Positions 1-8,529 of a DNA stretch of 64,000 nucleotides are shown here, in pieces. The stretch is from Sulfuricurvum sp. (GTDB taxonomy: Bacteria; Campylobacterota; Campylobacteria; Campylobacterales; Sulfurimonadaceae). Within the stretch, counting starts at the first letter, position 1; each line of letters opens with the position of its first letter. The stretch covers positions 643-64,642 of the forward strand of contig NZ_JAQTYM010000004.1 of NCBI RefSeq assembly GCF_028688295.1. The letters are read 5' to 3'. A program made the position numbers and the translations under genes. The notes under the pieces are model-generated. The model saw nothing but the letters and a program-made list of their open reading frames with translations. It was not told the DNA's origin and made no database searches.

Positions 1-1492
1 TATCCATAGGATCACGTTTTATTTTTAGTTTGAGTTTTTGATCATTGGTATCTTTTCGATTCACAAAACGGCGTAACGTATCTTCGTAATAGGTAATGTC
101 CTCTAAAGTGATTCCATTGCGCTGGACAGTACGATAAAAAGTAGGAAGGAGCGATATGCGGATATGCTCGTCATCTTCGATCATAGCGGGGAGAATACCG
201 ACTTGCGGATTATTCTCGTCTTCCTCGATACCGAACTGGTATCGTTGCAATGGGGTGGTTTCGATTCCGTTATGGTAGGTCTTATGATAGATGTTTACAA
301 TGTACTGTGTCAACCATTTTTCGAGTTCTTGGATAGTTAGAGAAGCTTGCTTCTCTGAATCATAACTACCGCGTTCTTTGACATTGGAAAAGGTAGCTCC
401 AGGAAGGTTATGTATCTCCTTATTGATTGTTCCGAAAATTCGTTCTACATGTCCACCAAATTGAGGTCGCGCTACGGGGCGTTTTTCGATCGAAATACCG
501 TACTCTTCACAGACTCGTTGAACTTCGGTCCCAACTAGCTCAGCACCATTATCCACGTGGATTACGCGCGGAGTTCCATAGATGGGCCATTCACCTTCGA
601 TATGGAGTTTTTTGAGATAGCGTTCTTTTGGGAGAAAGCATTGATAGAGGCATTGTCCAACGTTGAAAAAGCCAGGTCCTTGGAAAGAGAGGAAAAAGCC
701 AGCAACCATCCGACTGTAGACATCGATAGCCAGTGTGAGATAGGGTCTGCCGATTGGAAGTCGGCGAAGATCATCTACAAGGATGATATCAAGTGGTGTA
801 TGATCGATTTGATAGACATCAAGAGGATAGTTGCCGTTTTTGAATTCTCCTGAAAAGTCACCGTATTGCGATAGAGCAGTTTTGTAGTTTTCTCGGCGTT
901 TGAGCATATACATCGGATCAATCTCTTTAATCCGATTGCGGACGGTATTTTCACTAGGCACTGGAGTGTTTTTATGAAGACAGGCTTGATTGATTTTCAT
1001 ATAAGTTCGTTTGAATGAATGTTTTTGTTTTTTGAGATAGTAATTCTCAAGAAAATCGTCAATGATCTCATTTGTATCTTTGTGAAGGCGTTTTTCTTTA
1101 GGACCGCGCTTTTTGGTTTGCGGTATTAGCGCACTTAATGTTGGGTTGGATTCAAAAGTTGATAGCCAACGATAAACGGTGGCTTGTCCAATGTGATTAG
1201 CATCAGCTATTTTTTTAATATCTGCTTCGCTACGCTTTATGCCTACAAGAGGCTTGATAATTTCCAATCTTTTTTTAGCTGTGTTCCATTCGTTCTCAGT
1301 GTGATCATTTAAATCGATAGTAGGTGAATCATTGTGGGGTTTCGTAGAGAGTTCAGTAATAGAAATGGATGCAACATTACCATATTTTGTATGTTTGATA
1401 TTGACTTTAGTGAGCCCATCGGCTCCCACCACTTTATACTCTTCATCGTCCCAATAAACGGTTGCACCATAACTGAAGTCTACTTTTGCCAT
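1..1492 (-). CDS. tnsB: TnsB/TniA-family DDE transposase (3' end outside window; absent from the ORF track)
   Basis: Manual translation from ATG 1492 is open to the window edge (~497 codons): MAKVDFSYG...HTH-like GQATVYRWL...YQIDHTPLDIILVD...GRPYLTLAIDVYSRMVAGF...IHVDNGAEL...GGHVERIFGTIN. D-D-E triad intact; start overlaps the tnsA stop by 13 nt. Confidence 0.93.
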   Translation of the reverse strand, partial: MAKVDFSYGATVYWDDEEYKVVGADGLTKVNIKHTKYGNVASISITELSTKPHNDSPTIDLNDHTENEWNTAKKRLEIIKPLVGIKRSEADIKKIADANHIGQATVYRWLSTFESNPTLSALIPQTKKRGPKEKRLHKDTNEIIDDFLENYYLKKQKHSFKRTYMKINQACLHKNTPVPSENTVRNRIKEIDPMYMLKRRENYKTALSQYGDFSGEFKNGNYPLDVYQIDHTPLDIILVDDLRRLPIGRPYLTLAIDVYSRMVAGFFLSFQGPGFFNVGQCLYQCFLPKERYLKKLHIEGEWPIYGTPRVIHVDNGAELVGTEVQRVCEEYGISIEKRPVARPQFGGHVERIFGTINKEIHNLPGATFSNVKERGSYDSEKQASLTIQELEKWLTQYIVNIYHKTYHNGIETTPLQRYQFGIEEDENNPQVGILPAMIEDDEHIRISLLPTFYRTVQRNGITLEDITYYEDTLRRFVNRKDTNDQKLKLKIKRDPMD

Positions 1493-2127
1493 GTAATATC
1501 CTTAATAAGGAGTGAATTCATTGAAAGTTTCTGGGTCAAGTCTATTGTGTTTGGGTTCAATGCAAGAAAGTGCCAAAGGTAGGGGATGACTTTCCCATGA
1601 TTTGAGTTATCGGTATCGATAGCATATAAAAAATCCATCAGAGATATAGGACCAGAAAGATCTTCGTAAACACTTATAAAGCGTTCGTCAAACTTTTCTG
1701 TATTTTTCAAAAATGCGAATTTGTATAGGAACTTTAGATTTTGCAAATAAACCTGATCAAATGTCGCATCAGTGTAAATCATAAAATTGTATTTACCTTC
1801 ACTCTCAATTTGATTGGTGATACAAGAAAGTTTTTGCCGTAATTCCTCATCAGCATCAAGTTCATTTTTGTACTTGACTTCAAAAACTGTCGAAGAGTTA
1901 TGATAATGAACAAGTGCGTCCGGAGTATAAAAACGGTTGCTTCCATCGAACTCATACCGAAGTTTAAAAGGTTGTTCTTCAAATGAAACCACGGATGGAT
2001 CGAATTCAAGTGTTAGAAAAAAGTCATGCTCAAGTGTTGATTCGAATGCAAGCTGTCGATTATTCTTGCGGCTCATAAAGTATCCGGTAACAGAGCGATA
2101 GCTCTTTTTGATTTTTCTAACTGCCAT
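1480..2127 (-). CDS. tnsA: TnsA-family endonuclease subunit of a heteromeric transposase
   Basis: FESTLEHDFFLTLEFDPSVVSFEEQP...YTPDALV...FEVK matches the TnsA N-terminal PD-(D/E)xK pattern; lies directly upstream of tnsB. Confidence 0.9.
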   Translation of the reverse strand: MAVRKIKKSYRSVTGYFMSRKNNRQLAFESTLEHDFFLTLEFDPSVVSFEEQPFKLRYEFDGSNRFYTPDALVHYHNSSTVFEVKYKNELDADEELRQKLSCITNQIESEGKYNFMIYTDATFDQVYLQNLKFLYKFAFLKNTEKFDERFISVYEDLSGPISLMDFLYAIDTDNSNHGKVIPYLWHFLALNPNTIDLTQKLSMNSLLIKDITWQK

Positions 2128-2169
2128 GAAAAAATCTTACAACTTTTGTAAAAAATTAGCAAGTGTAAT

Positions 2170-2328
2170 AAATTATTATTAATTAGTGTATTAAGTAATA
2201 TATTATCATTTATAGCTGTATTTATTATCATGATATATTTCCTATGATTTCTCATTAAATAGGCACTTTTAAGTAGTTTTACGAGTATAATCATGCAGAT
2301 TTATTCTCATTAATTGTTGCGTATGACA
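2170..2328 (-). repeat. Transposon end with terminal TGT and repeated putative TnsB-binding sites
   Basis: Minus strand: TGTCATACGCAACAATTAATGAGAAT. Core ATGA(G/T)AAT-like copies at + coordinates 2303-2310, 2287-2294 (degenerate), 2247-2255, 2224-2231 and 2202-2209. Very AT-rich. Confidence 0.75.
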
Positions 2329-2937
2329 AAAAAACTCTCTTTATCCGGTATGGTTGTCGTAAGCGGTGCTGCTGCAGGGGTTGATCAAATCGCCCATGAG
2401 GGAGCAGGGGCTGAGAATACTATTGCCGTTTTACCTAGCGGTATCGATGTACGTTATCCTGCTTCGAATCAGAAGCTTATTGAAAATATCGAAATGAAAG
2501 GGCTCACACTGAGTCAGTTCGAACCTGATTTTGTAGCGCGTGAGTGGAGTTTTGTTGTACGCAATGAGATCGTTGTGGCTCTGGGTGACGTATTAATCGT
2601 CTCAGAGGCTGATATCGGCAGCGGTAGCATGAGAAGTGTTGAATTTGCATTAGCAATGCAGAAACCCATATATGTACTTCCTCATCGTTTACGTGAGAGC
2701 AATGCTACCCGTCAACTGCTGGCTGAAGGGAAAGCTAGTGCGATTGATGATATCGATTTATTTATTGCACTGATGAGTCAAAAGGGGCGTAATGCAATCA
2801 ATGATACACCATTTATTGCATTTTGTCGTAATCATCCAACCTATGACGAGGCGATGGGTGCATTTCCTGCAGAGATTTTTGAGGCAGAACTCAGTGGTGT
2901 GATAGAGGTTAAAAATGGGAGAATTGAGGTGGTCTAA
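2329..2937 (+). pseudogene. dprA: DNA-processing protein DprA, 5'-truncated by the transposon insertion
   Basis: VVSGAAAGVDQIAH, RNEIVVALGD, SGSMRS and the short Campylobacterota-type C-terminus are present. The N-terminal part, including the usual IVGTR motif, is missing (about 202 aa remain). The ORF start at 2314/2323 lies inside the transposon end. Confidence 0.85.
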
Positions 2938-2944
2938 TCAGGAG

Positions 2945-3259
2945 TTAATGTCCTGATTGTACTTCATAGCCGTAGTGTTTTACGAGATAGTTAATAATAG
3001 TTTGTTGATCCTCTTTTGCGATAGGGGCTTTGAACTCATTCACCATTTTAGCAACGGTACCCGTCCAATAAGGACGGCTTTTTTTCCCTTGATTTAGAAC
3101 GTATCCCCATGAATGGCAGATGAGACAGTATTGTTGTGCAACTTCATCATGATCCCCTTTTACCATTGGATAATCGACATAAGGCATTTCGATCGGTTTC
3201 GAAACTTGAGCGAATAGTGATACGCTCAAGGCGAGAGTGATTAGGAATAATTTTTTCAT
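2945..3259 (-). CDS. sorB: Monoheme cytochrome c, SorB-like subunit of sulfite:cytochrome c oxidoreductase
   Basis: Signal peptide, single CLICH heme motif, directly downstream of the sulfite-oxidase-family gene. Confidence 0.75.
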   Translation of the reverse strand: MKKLFLITLALSVSLFAQVSKPIEMPYVDYPMVKGDHDEVAQQYCLICHSWGYVLNQGKKSRPYWTGTVAKMVNEFKAPIAKEDQQTIINYLVKHYGYEVQSGH

Positions 3260-3268
3260 AGTAAAGCC

Positions 3269-4489
3269 TTAGACGATTTTAACGTTGACACTGTCAACCG
3301 CGTTGTATTGGTATCCACCGGCATTCCAACCGATTTCATTGACTTGTGGCTGAATATTACCGATACGGTTGATGGCCCGAACCATAATTGTATATTCACC
3401 TTTTGCCTTTGGTTCCCATTGGTAGGTCCATTGACGATAAGCGTATTTACCGTAATCTTTTTGAAGTTCAGTAGTACTCCAGCTTTTTCCGCCATCGATG
3501 GAGATCATAACCTCTTTAATCCCTTTGCCTTGATCAAATGCAACTCCGGTCACTTTGACACGTGAACCTTTTTTGATAATGGTATTTGGGGTTGGGTAAC
3601 CGATAACCGACTTGACTTTCATAACTGCGATCGGTTTGCGTTTGTATTCGAAATCGCTTCCGGATATGACACATTCACAGTCATTGTCAGGGACAGTGTA
3701 GGCGACATCCATAAAAAAGCTTTTTTGGTATTCGTCAAATACGGTAATTTCTGAGAGCATTTTAACCCAGCTATCCGAGAAGTGACCCGGTATTACGAGG
3801 CGAAGCGGAAAACCGTTGAGATACGGCAAATCTTCACCATTCATCTCATACGCAACAATGAGTTCACCGCTAAGTGCTTCATCGATATTCATTTCACGGA
3901 AAAATTTTGCTGTTGCTTCCATGGCTGGTTTTTCTAAACCATTGACTCCGACCCATTTTGCAGACCCTTTAACCCCTGCATGGTTGAGTAGGTCTTTAAG
4001 ACGTACTCCTTTCCATACGGCGCATCCCATCGCCCCATGTCCCCATTGCACACCGTGGGTTGCTGGGCCTGTACCGGCAAAGTAGCGTCGGCTGTTTCCT
4101 CCGCATTGGAGAACTGAGGTGATCTCTACAGGCTCAAATTTGCTTTTGAGATCATCGACACTAAGGGAGAGTGGTTTTTCGACAGACCCTTTTACTTCGA
4201 GTCTGAATTCGTTTAAATCGATATACGTTGGGATATCTGGCATGTGCCATCGAACGAAAAACTGATCATTCGGTGTAATCGCTTGGGTAAAAATATCACG
4301 CGGTGATTCGAGAAGCGGAGGGCGATCGGAGATCGTTTTCATTGGCTTTTTTTCAGGAAATGCAACCATAGGGGGAACATATTCGCTTGAACTGGTGATA
4401 ATTTTTTTCGGAGTCTCTTTTCCTAAAAGGGTAGACGCACCTAACAGGAGGCCTGCACCTAAAAAATTTCTGCGGTTAATATTGCTCAT
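3269..4489 (-). CDS. sorA: Sulfite oxidase family molybdoenzyme (SorA-like), Tat-exported
   Basis: RRNFL Tat motif; FFVRWH; Mo-ligand CGGNSR; NGFPLRLVIPG; C-terminal Ig-like dimerisation domain. Confidence 0.85.
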   Translation of the reverse strand: MSNINRRNFLGAGLLLGASTLLGKETPKKIITSSSEYVPPMVAFPEKKPMKTISDRPPLLESPRDIFTQAITPNDQFFVRWHMPDIPTYIDLNEFRLEVKGSVEKPLSLSVDDLKSKFEPVEITSVLQCGGNSRRYFAGTGPATHGVQWGHGAMGCAVWKGVRLKDLLNHAGVKGSAKWVGVNGLEKPAMEATAKFFREMNIDEALSGELIVAYEMNGEDLPYLNGFPLRLVIPGHFSDSWVKMLSEITVFDEYQKSFFMDVAYTVPDNDCECVISGSDFEYKRKPIAVMKVKSVIGYPTPNTIIKKGSRVKVTGVAFDQGKGIKEVMISIDGGKSWSTTELQKDYGKYAYRQWTYQWEPKAKGEYTIMVRAINRIGNIQPQVNEIGWNAGGYQYNAVDSVNVKIV

Positions 4490-4540
4490 GATAATGCCTT
4501 GCGGTTATTGTAATCTAATTGTAACATAACGTGGAGTAAT

Positions 4541-5569
4541 TTAGAGGATAAGCATAGCATCACCATAAGAGAAAAAGCGGTATTTTTCATCAATGGCTTC
4601 TTTGTATATACGGTGGGTCTCTTCCAGACCGACAAACGAGGCGACGAGCATCAGCAACGTTGATTGCGGAAGGTGGAAGTTGGTGAGGAGATGATTAATC
4701 CGTTTTGGGGGATTGTTTGGGTGTAAAAAGAGGTTGGCTTCACCCTGTGTTTCCTGGGTTCGTACATGATACTCTACCGTGCGGGTAGGAGTTGTTCCGA
4801 TCGAGAGGAGGGGGATGTCACTGTGAATGAGCACTTGTGTCGATGGACTAATATCAAAATATTCCGAGTGCATCGGATGATCCGTAATAATCTTTGCTTC
4901 GACCGGTTTAAAGGTTCCTGATCCGACATGGAGGGTGACAAAAGCATGAGGATGAGCGGAACAAACGGCTGCATATAGCTCATCGGTAAAATGGAGCGAT
5001 GCGGTAGGTGCTGCTACTGCCCCCTCATAGTGGGCGAAAACACTTTGGTATTCCCGCTCATCTTCGGAGTTATCTTCACGTCCTAGATAAGGGGGGAGGG
5101 GGATATGACCGACACGTTCCAAAATAGGGAGGAGCTCTTCAAATCGGATGAGTGAATCACGGTGGTAAAAATTAACTTCACGTGAACCATCATCGTGTAG
5201 TTTGATGACACGGGCACTTAACTCTTCGTCAAAGTGCAATAATGTCCCCTCTTTGACTCGCCCTTTGATGTAAACATTGATGGCGTGGGCATCATGTGGA
5301 CGATTGATCAGAAGCTCTATCGCTCCGCCACTCTCTTTTTTCCCGTAAATCCTAGCTTTGATCACTTTTGTATCGTTGAAGATGATTCCGCAGTTTTTAG
5401 GGAGAAACGATTCGAGCGCATCGAAACGGGTGTGAGTAATGGATCTGTCTGTACGATTGTAGACCAGGAGGCGAGCATGATCTCTGGGATGGATCGGATG
5501 GGTTGCTATAAGCTCTGCTGGGAGCTCATAGTGGTAACTGGTCGTTTGAAGAGGGTCGAGATTAACCAA
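4541..5569 (-). CDS. queA: S-adenosylmethionine:tRNA ribosyltransferase-isomerase
   Basis: YELPAELIA..P, VFNDTKVIKAR-like, GAVAAPTASLHF, LHVGSGTFKPV, NFHLPQSTLLMLV, YRFFSYGDAMLI. Confidence 0.96.
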   Translation of the reverse strand: MVNLDPLQTTSYHYELPAELIATHPIHPRDHARLLVYNRTDRSITHTRFDALESFLPKNCGIIFNDTKVIKARIYGKKESGGAIELLINRPHDAHAINVYIKGRVKEGTLLHFDEELSARVIKLHDDGSREVNFYHRDSLIRFEELLPILERVGHIPLPPYLGREDNSEDEREYQSVFAHYEGAVAAPTASLHFTDELYAAVCSAHPHAFVTLHVGSGTFKPVEAKIITDHPMHSEYFDISPSTQVLIHSDIPLLSIGTTPTRTVEYHVRTQETQGEANLFLHPNNPPKRINHLLTNFHLPQSTLLMLVASFVGLEETHRIYKEAIDEKYRFFSYGDAMLIL

Positions 5570-6344
5570 TCGTCTCTTCTTCGTCTTCAGCTATGTAGGC
5601 CTCTTCTTTTGGTGCAGGATTGACAGCACGTACGATAAGAATAGAAATTCCATAGAGGAGAATGAGTGGCATTGCCATCAAAATTTGGGTAATAACGTCA
5701 GGAGGTGTTAAGATCGCCGCGATGATAAAGATCAAAACGATGGCATAGCGGAAAAATCCGATCATCGCTTTATCATCAATAAGTCCCATAAGCGCAAGAA
5801 AATAACAGATAACTGGGAGTTCAAAAGAGAGCCCAAAACCGAACATAATTTTGGTGAAAAACTCAACATAATCCTCAATATTAATCATTGGAACGAAAGA
5901 GGCACTTCCAAAGGCGATTAGGTAGCTAAAACCAAAGGGGGTAACCACATAATAAGCAAATGCAGCACCCATCGCGAACATAACGGTTCCGCCCACGACA
6001 AACGGGATGAGCATTTTTTTCTCATTGGCATAAAGACCTGGAGCGATAAAAAGCCAAAATTGCATTAGAATGATAGGAAGTGCCACGAGTAATCCGGCAA
6101 AGAAGGAGACTTTCATCGCTACGAAAAAAGTTCCCCCAAGTTGGGTCGTAGTGATCATCCCCTCGGCTGCTTTGGTAGAGACTTTAGCCACAGAAGCGAT
6201 CGCTTCAGCCAGTGGTGCAGTGACCCAAGCTAAAAGGGCTTCGTGAAAGTTGAACATCACAAAAAACATGATGATAACTGCGGCTACACTGATACCGAGC
6301 CGTTTGCGTAATTCGGCTAAATGGGGCTTTAAATCTTCAAACAT
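5562..6344 (-). CDS. tatC: Twin-arginine translocase subunit TatC
   Basis: HLAELRKRL, FIAPGLYANEK, FGLSFELPV, LTPPDVITQ; about 6 TM helices. Confidence 0.96.
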   Translation of the reverse strand: MFEDLKPHLAELRKRLGISVAAVIIMFFVMFNFHEALLAWVTAPLAEAIASVAKVSTKAAEGMITTTQLGGTFFVAMKVSFFAGLLVALPIILMQFWLFIAPGLYANEKKMLIPFVVGGTVMFAMGAAFAYYVVTPFGFSYLIAFGSASFVPMINIEDYVEFFTKIMFGFGLSFELPVICYFLALMGLIDDKAMIGFFRYAIVLIFIIAAILTPPDVITQILMAMPLILLYGISILIVRAVNPAPKEEAYIAEDEEETIG

Positions 6345-6751
6345 TAGGCTTTCTCGTCTTCAAATTCTAGTTTTGGTTGTTGTTTGGCTTTAGGGGCAAA
6401 AGTGATCACTTCAGGTTCTTTCGGTGCAGAAGGGGTAGGTTTTGAATCGGTATCGAGATTAAAATCATTTTTGATACCTGTAAGTTCGCTACCAATTTCA
6501 GTAACATTCGTCATTCTCTCTAGTTCGGCACTCGCGTCGGTGAGCTCTTTTTTGTAATTGAGAGCACTCTCTTTCATCTCAGAGAATTTCATCTCTTCTT
6601 CAAGCGTTGCTTTGGCACTGCTGACCGTTCCTTTAACACTGCGGAAAAACTTAGCGATATCCACCATTGTAGAGGGAAGTTTATCCGGCCCTAAAAATAA
6701 TATTGCGATAATAACGATAAGAAGTATTTCGCCGATACCCATTCCAAACAT
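6344..6751 (-). CDS. tatB: Twin-arginine translocase subunit TatB
   Basis: MFGMGIGEILLIVIIAILFLGPDKLP N-terminus; adjacent to tatC. Confidence 0.93.
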   Translation of the reverse strand: MFGMGIGEILLIVIIAILFLGPDKLPSTMVDIAKFFRSVKGTVSSAKATLEEEMKFSEMKESALNYKKELTDASAELERMTNVTEIGSELTGIKNDFNLDTDSKPTPSAPKEPEVITFAPKAKQQPKLEFEDEKA

Positions 6752-6806
6752 AATAACTGCCTAATGTATATATTTTATAGTATTGGGGATTTTACCCAAA
6801 GAAAGT

Positions 6807-7868
6807 TTAAAACCCTTCTACCCTTAGCGCAATTTCATCGGCAAGTAAAAAATCACTGTTGAAATAGCGTCCATCATGATGAGCAAGAATTCCCTCGCTC
6901 GTAAGCATGTTTGCATGAATTTTTTGTTTATTAGTGAGTAGGGTATCATCAACCCCGACACAACTACGAAAGCCTAAAAAAAGTTTTTCACTCATTAGGG
7001 CATCTTTATCAATTGTTTCTGTGGTGATTTCACACGGATTTTGAACGTAGTGCTCAACGCTGGTACTAGGATAATAGCGGTGATGATCTAAAAAACCGAC
7101 CGCACCTGAACCCAAACCTATATAGGGCTTATGCTCCCAATACCCGATATTATGGCGTGAGCGATATTTGCCGAAATTTGAGATTTCGTACTGCTCATAT
7201 CCTTTGGCAGAAATTTCGCGAAAGAGCCAGCGGGTAAGTTCTAACTCTTCTTGTGCAATTTCAGGAGTTTTTTCAAAAGCGGTCTCTTCTTCGATGGTGA
7301 GGGCATAAAGACTGATGTGGTCGATGGGGAGGAGAAACGCTTGAGCAATATCGGCTTTAAGCAACTCTTTCGTATCGCCGCGTACCCCATAGATTAAATC
7401 GATACTGAGGTGTTTATATCCAATTGCTGAAGCAGTACGGATCGCTTCGAGGGCGTGTTGCGTATGGTGAGCACGTCCAAGGGTTTTGAGTTTTTCATTA
7501 TTAAAACTTTGAACCCCGAAGCTGAGACGATTCACCCCTAATTCAAACATCCCTTCTAGCCATGTCCGAGTTGCACTGTTCGGATTGGCTTCGGAGCTAA
7601 TTTCACAATTTTTGACCAAATAAGGGTCAATCATCTCTAATAAAGGTCTATATAGAGAAGGTTCTATCGTAGAAGGAGTTCCTCCTCCGATAAAAACACT
7701 CTCAATGGGATTGGAAGTACTGACATTGAAACGGAGAAGCTCAGATTTGAGCTGAGTGAGAAGAGAATTCATATACGCTTCGCGATATGAAAATTTATCG
7801 ACATAAGAGTTAAAAGCACAGTAAGAGCATTTGCTATCGCAAAAAGGGATGTGAATGTATAAAAGCAT
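6807..7868 (-). CDS. hemW: Radical SAM heme chaperone HemW (HemN-like)
   Basis: LYIHIPFCDSKCSYCAF radical SAM motif, GGGTPS, YEISNF, HNIGYW. Confidence 0.85.
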   Translation of the reverse strand: MLLYIHIPFCDSKCSYCAFNSYVDKFSYREAYMNSLLTQLKSELLRFNVSTSNPIESVFIGGGTPSTIEPSLYRPLLEMIDPYLVKNCEISSEANPNSATRTWLEGMFELGVNRLSFGVQSFNNEKLKTLGRAHHTQHALEAIRTASAIGYKHLSIDLIYGVRGDTKELLKADIAQAFLLPIDHISLYALTIEEETAFEKTPEIAQEELELTRWLFREISAKGYEQYEISNFGKYRSRHNIGYWEHKPYIGLGSGAVGFLDHHRYYPSTSVEHYVQNPCEITTETIDKDALMSEKLFLGFRSCVGVDDTLLTNKQKIHANMLTSEGILAHHDGRYFNSDFLLADEIALRVEGF

Positions 7869-8058
7869 AAGGGATTATATCATTGTGTATATATGATCTT
7901 GGTATGCTGTTTTTGGAGATAAAGAATCACGAGAACGATGTTATATATAAAAGTGAAGTGTCTATTTAACGCATGACCTTAATTGAATAAACAATTATAC
8001 TTTTTTTAATGAGCAATAGCTTACAATACCCCTTTAAAAATAGACTAAAAGATGGTGA

Positions 8059-8529
8059 ATGACCGAAAAAAAGTTCTACCGACCGAATGTGGCGGCGATT
8101 ATTGTTTCTCATGAGTATCCTGAGATCAAAGATATTTTTATCGCCGAGCGGAGTGATTTGGAGGGGGTGTGGCAGTTTCCTCAAGGGGGAATTGATGAGG
8201 GAGAATCGGCAGAGCAGGCACTTTTTCGAGAGCTTGAGGAAGAGATCGGTACTAAAAAAGTAGAGATTATCGCTGAGTATCCTGAGTGGATCGCCTACGA
8301 TTTCCCATCCCATGTTGCTGCTAAAATGGCTCCGTATGCGGGACAAAAACAGCGCTATTTCTTAGTACGCCTGAAACAAGGGGCTAAAATCGATTTGGCT
8401 ACCAAACATCCTGAATTCAAAGCGTATCGATTTGTCAAGATTGATGAGTTGTTAAGTAATATCGCCCATTTCAAAAAACCGGTTTATGAACGTGTTATTT
8501 CTCATTTTAGAACCAAGGGGTATCTGTAA
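8059..8529 (+). CDS. rppH: RNA pyrophosphohydrolase (Nudix)
   Basis: [33 protein letters not shown] Nudix box, GQKQRYF. Confidence 0.93.
   Translation: MTEKKFYRPNVAAIIVSHEYPEIKDIFIAERSDLEGVWQFPQGGIDEGESAEQALFRELEEEIGTKKVEIIAEYPEWIAYDFPSHVAAKMAPYAGQKQRYFLVRLKQGAKIDLATKHPEFKAYRFVKIDELLSNIAHFKKPVYERVISHFRTKGYL

Larger units (their letters stand above)
1..2328 (-). mobile_element. Tn7-like transposon (TnsA/TnsB type), tnsA-proximal end; element continues beyond the left edge of the window
   Basis: Overlapping tnsA and tnsB genes; candidate terminus reading TGTCATAC... on the minus strand from 2328; repeated ATGA(G/T)AAT motifs inside the end; sequence immediately outside is the middle of dprA. 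Confidence 0.9.

Noticed and set aside
427-1582. Short ORFs in the track over the transposase region (427-615, 557-853, 562-774, 1334-1582)
   Set aside because: Antisense or alternate-frame shadows of the continuous tnsB frame, which the track missed because it has no stop inside the window.
2073-2294. 73-aa minus-strand ORF upstream of tnsA
   Set aside because: Runs through the AT-rich transposon end; low-complexity Asn/Ile composition explained by the TnsB-site repeats.
7869-8058. AT-rich gap between hemW and rppH as a possible sRNA or origin (hobA is nearby)
   Set aside because: Explained by divergent promoters; no DnaA-box cluster or terminator-bounded unit seen, and no dnaA in the window.
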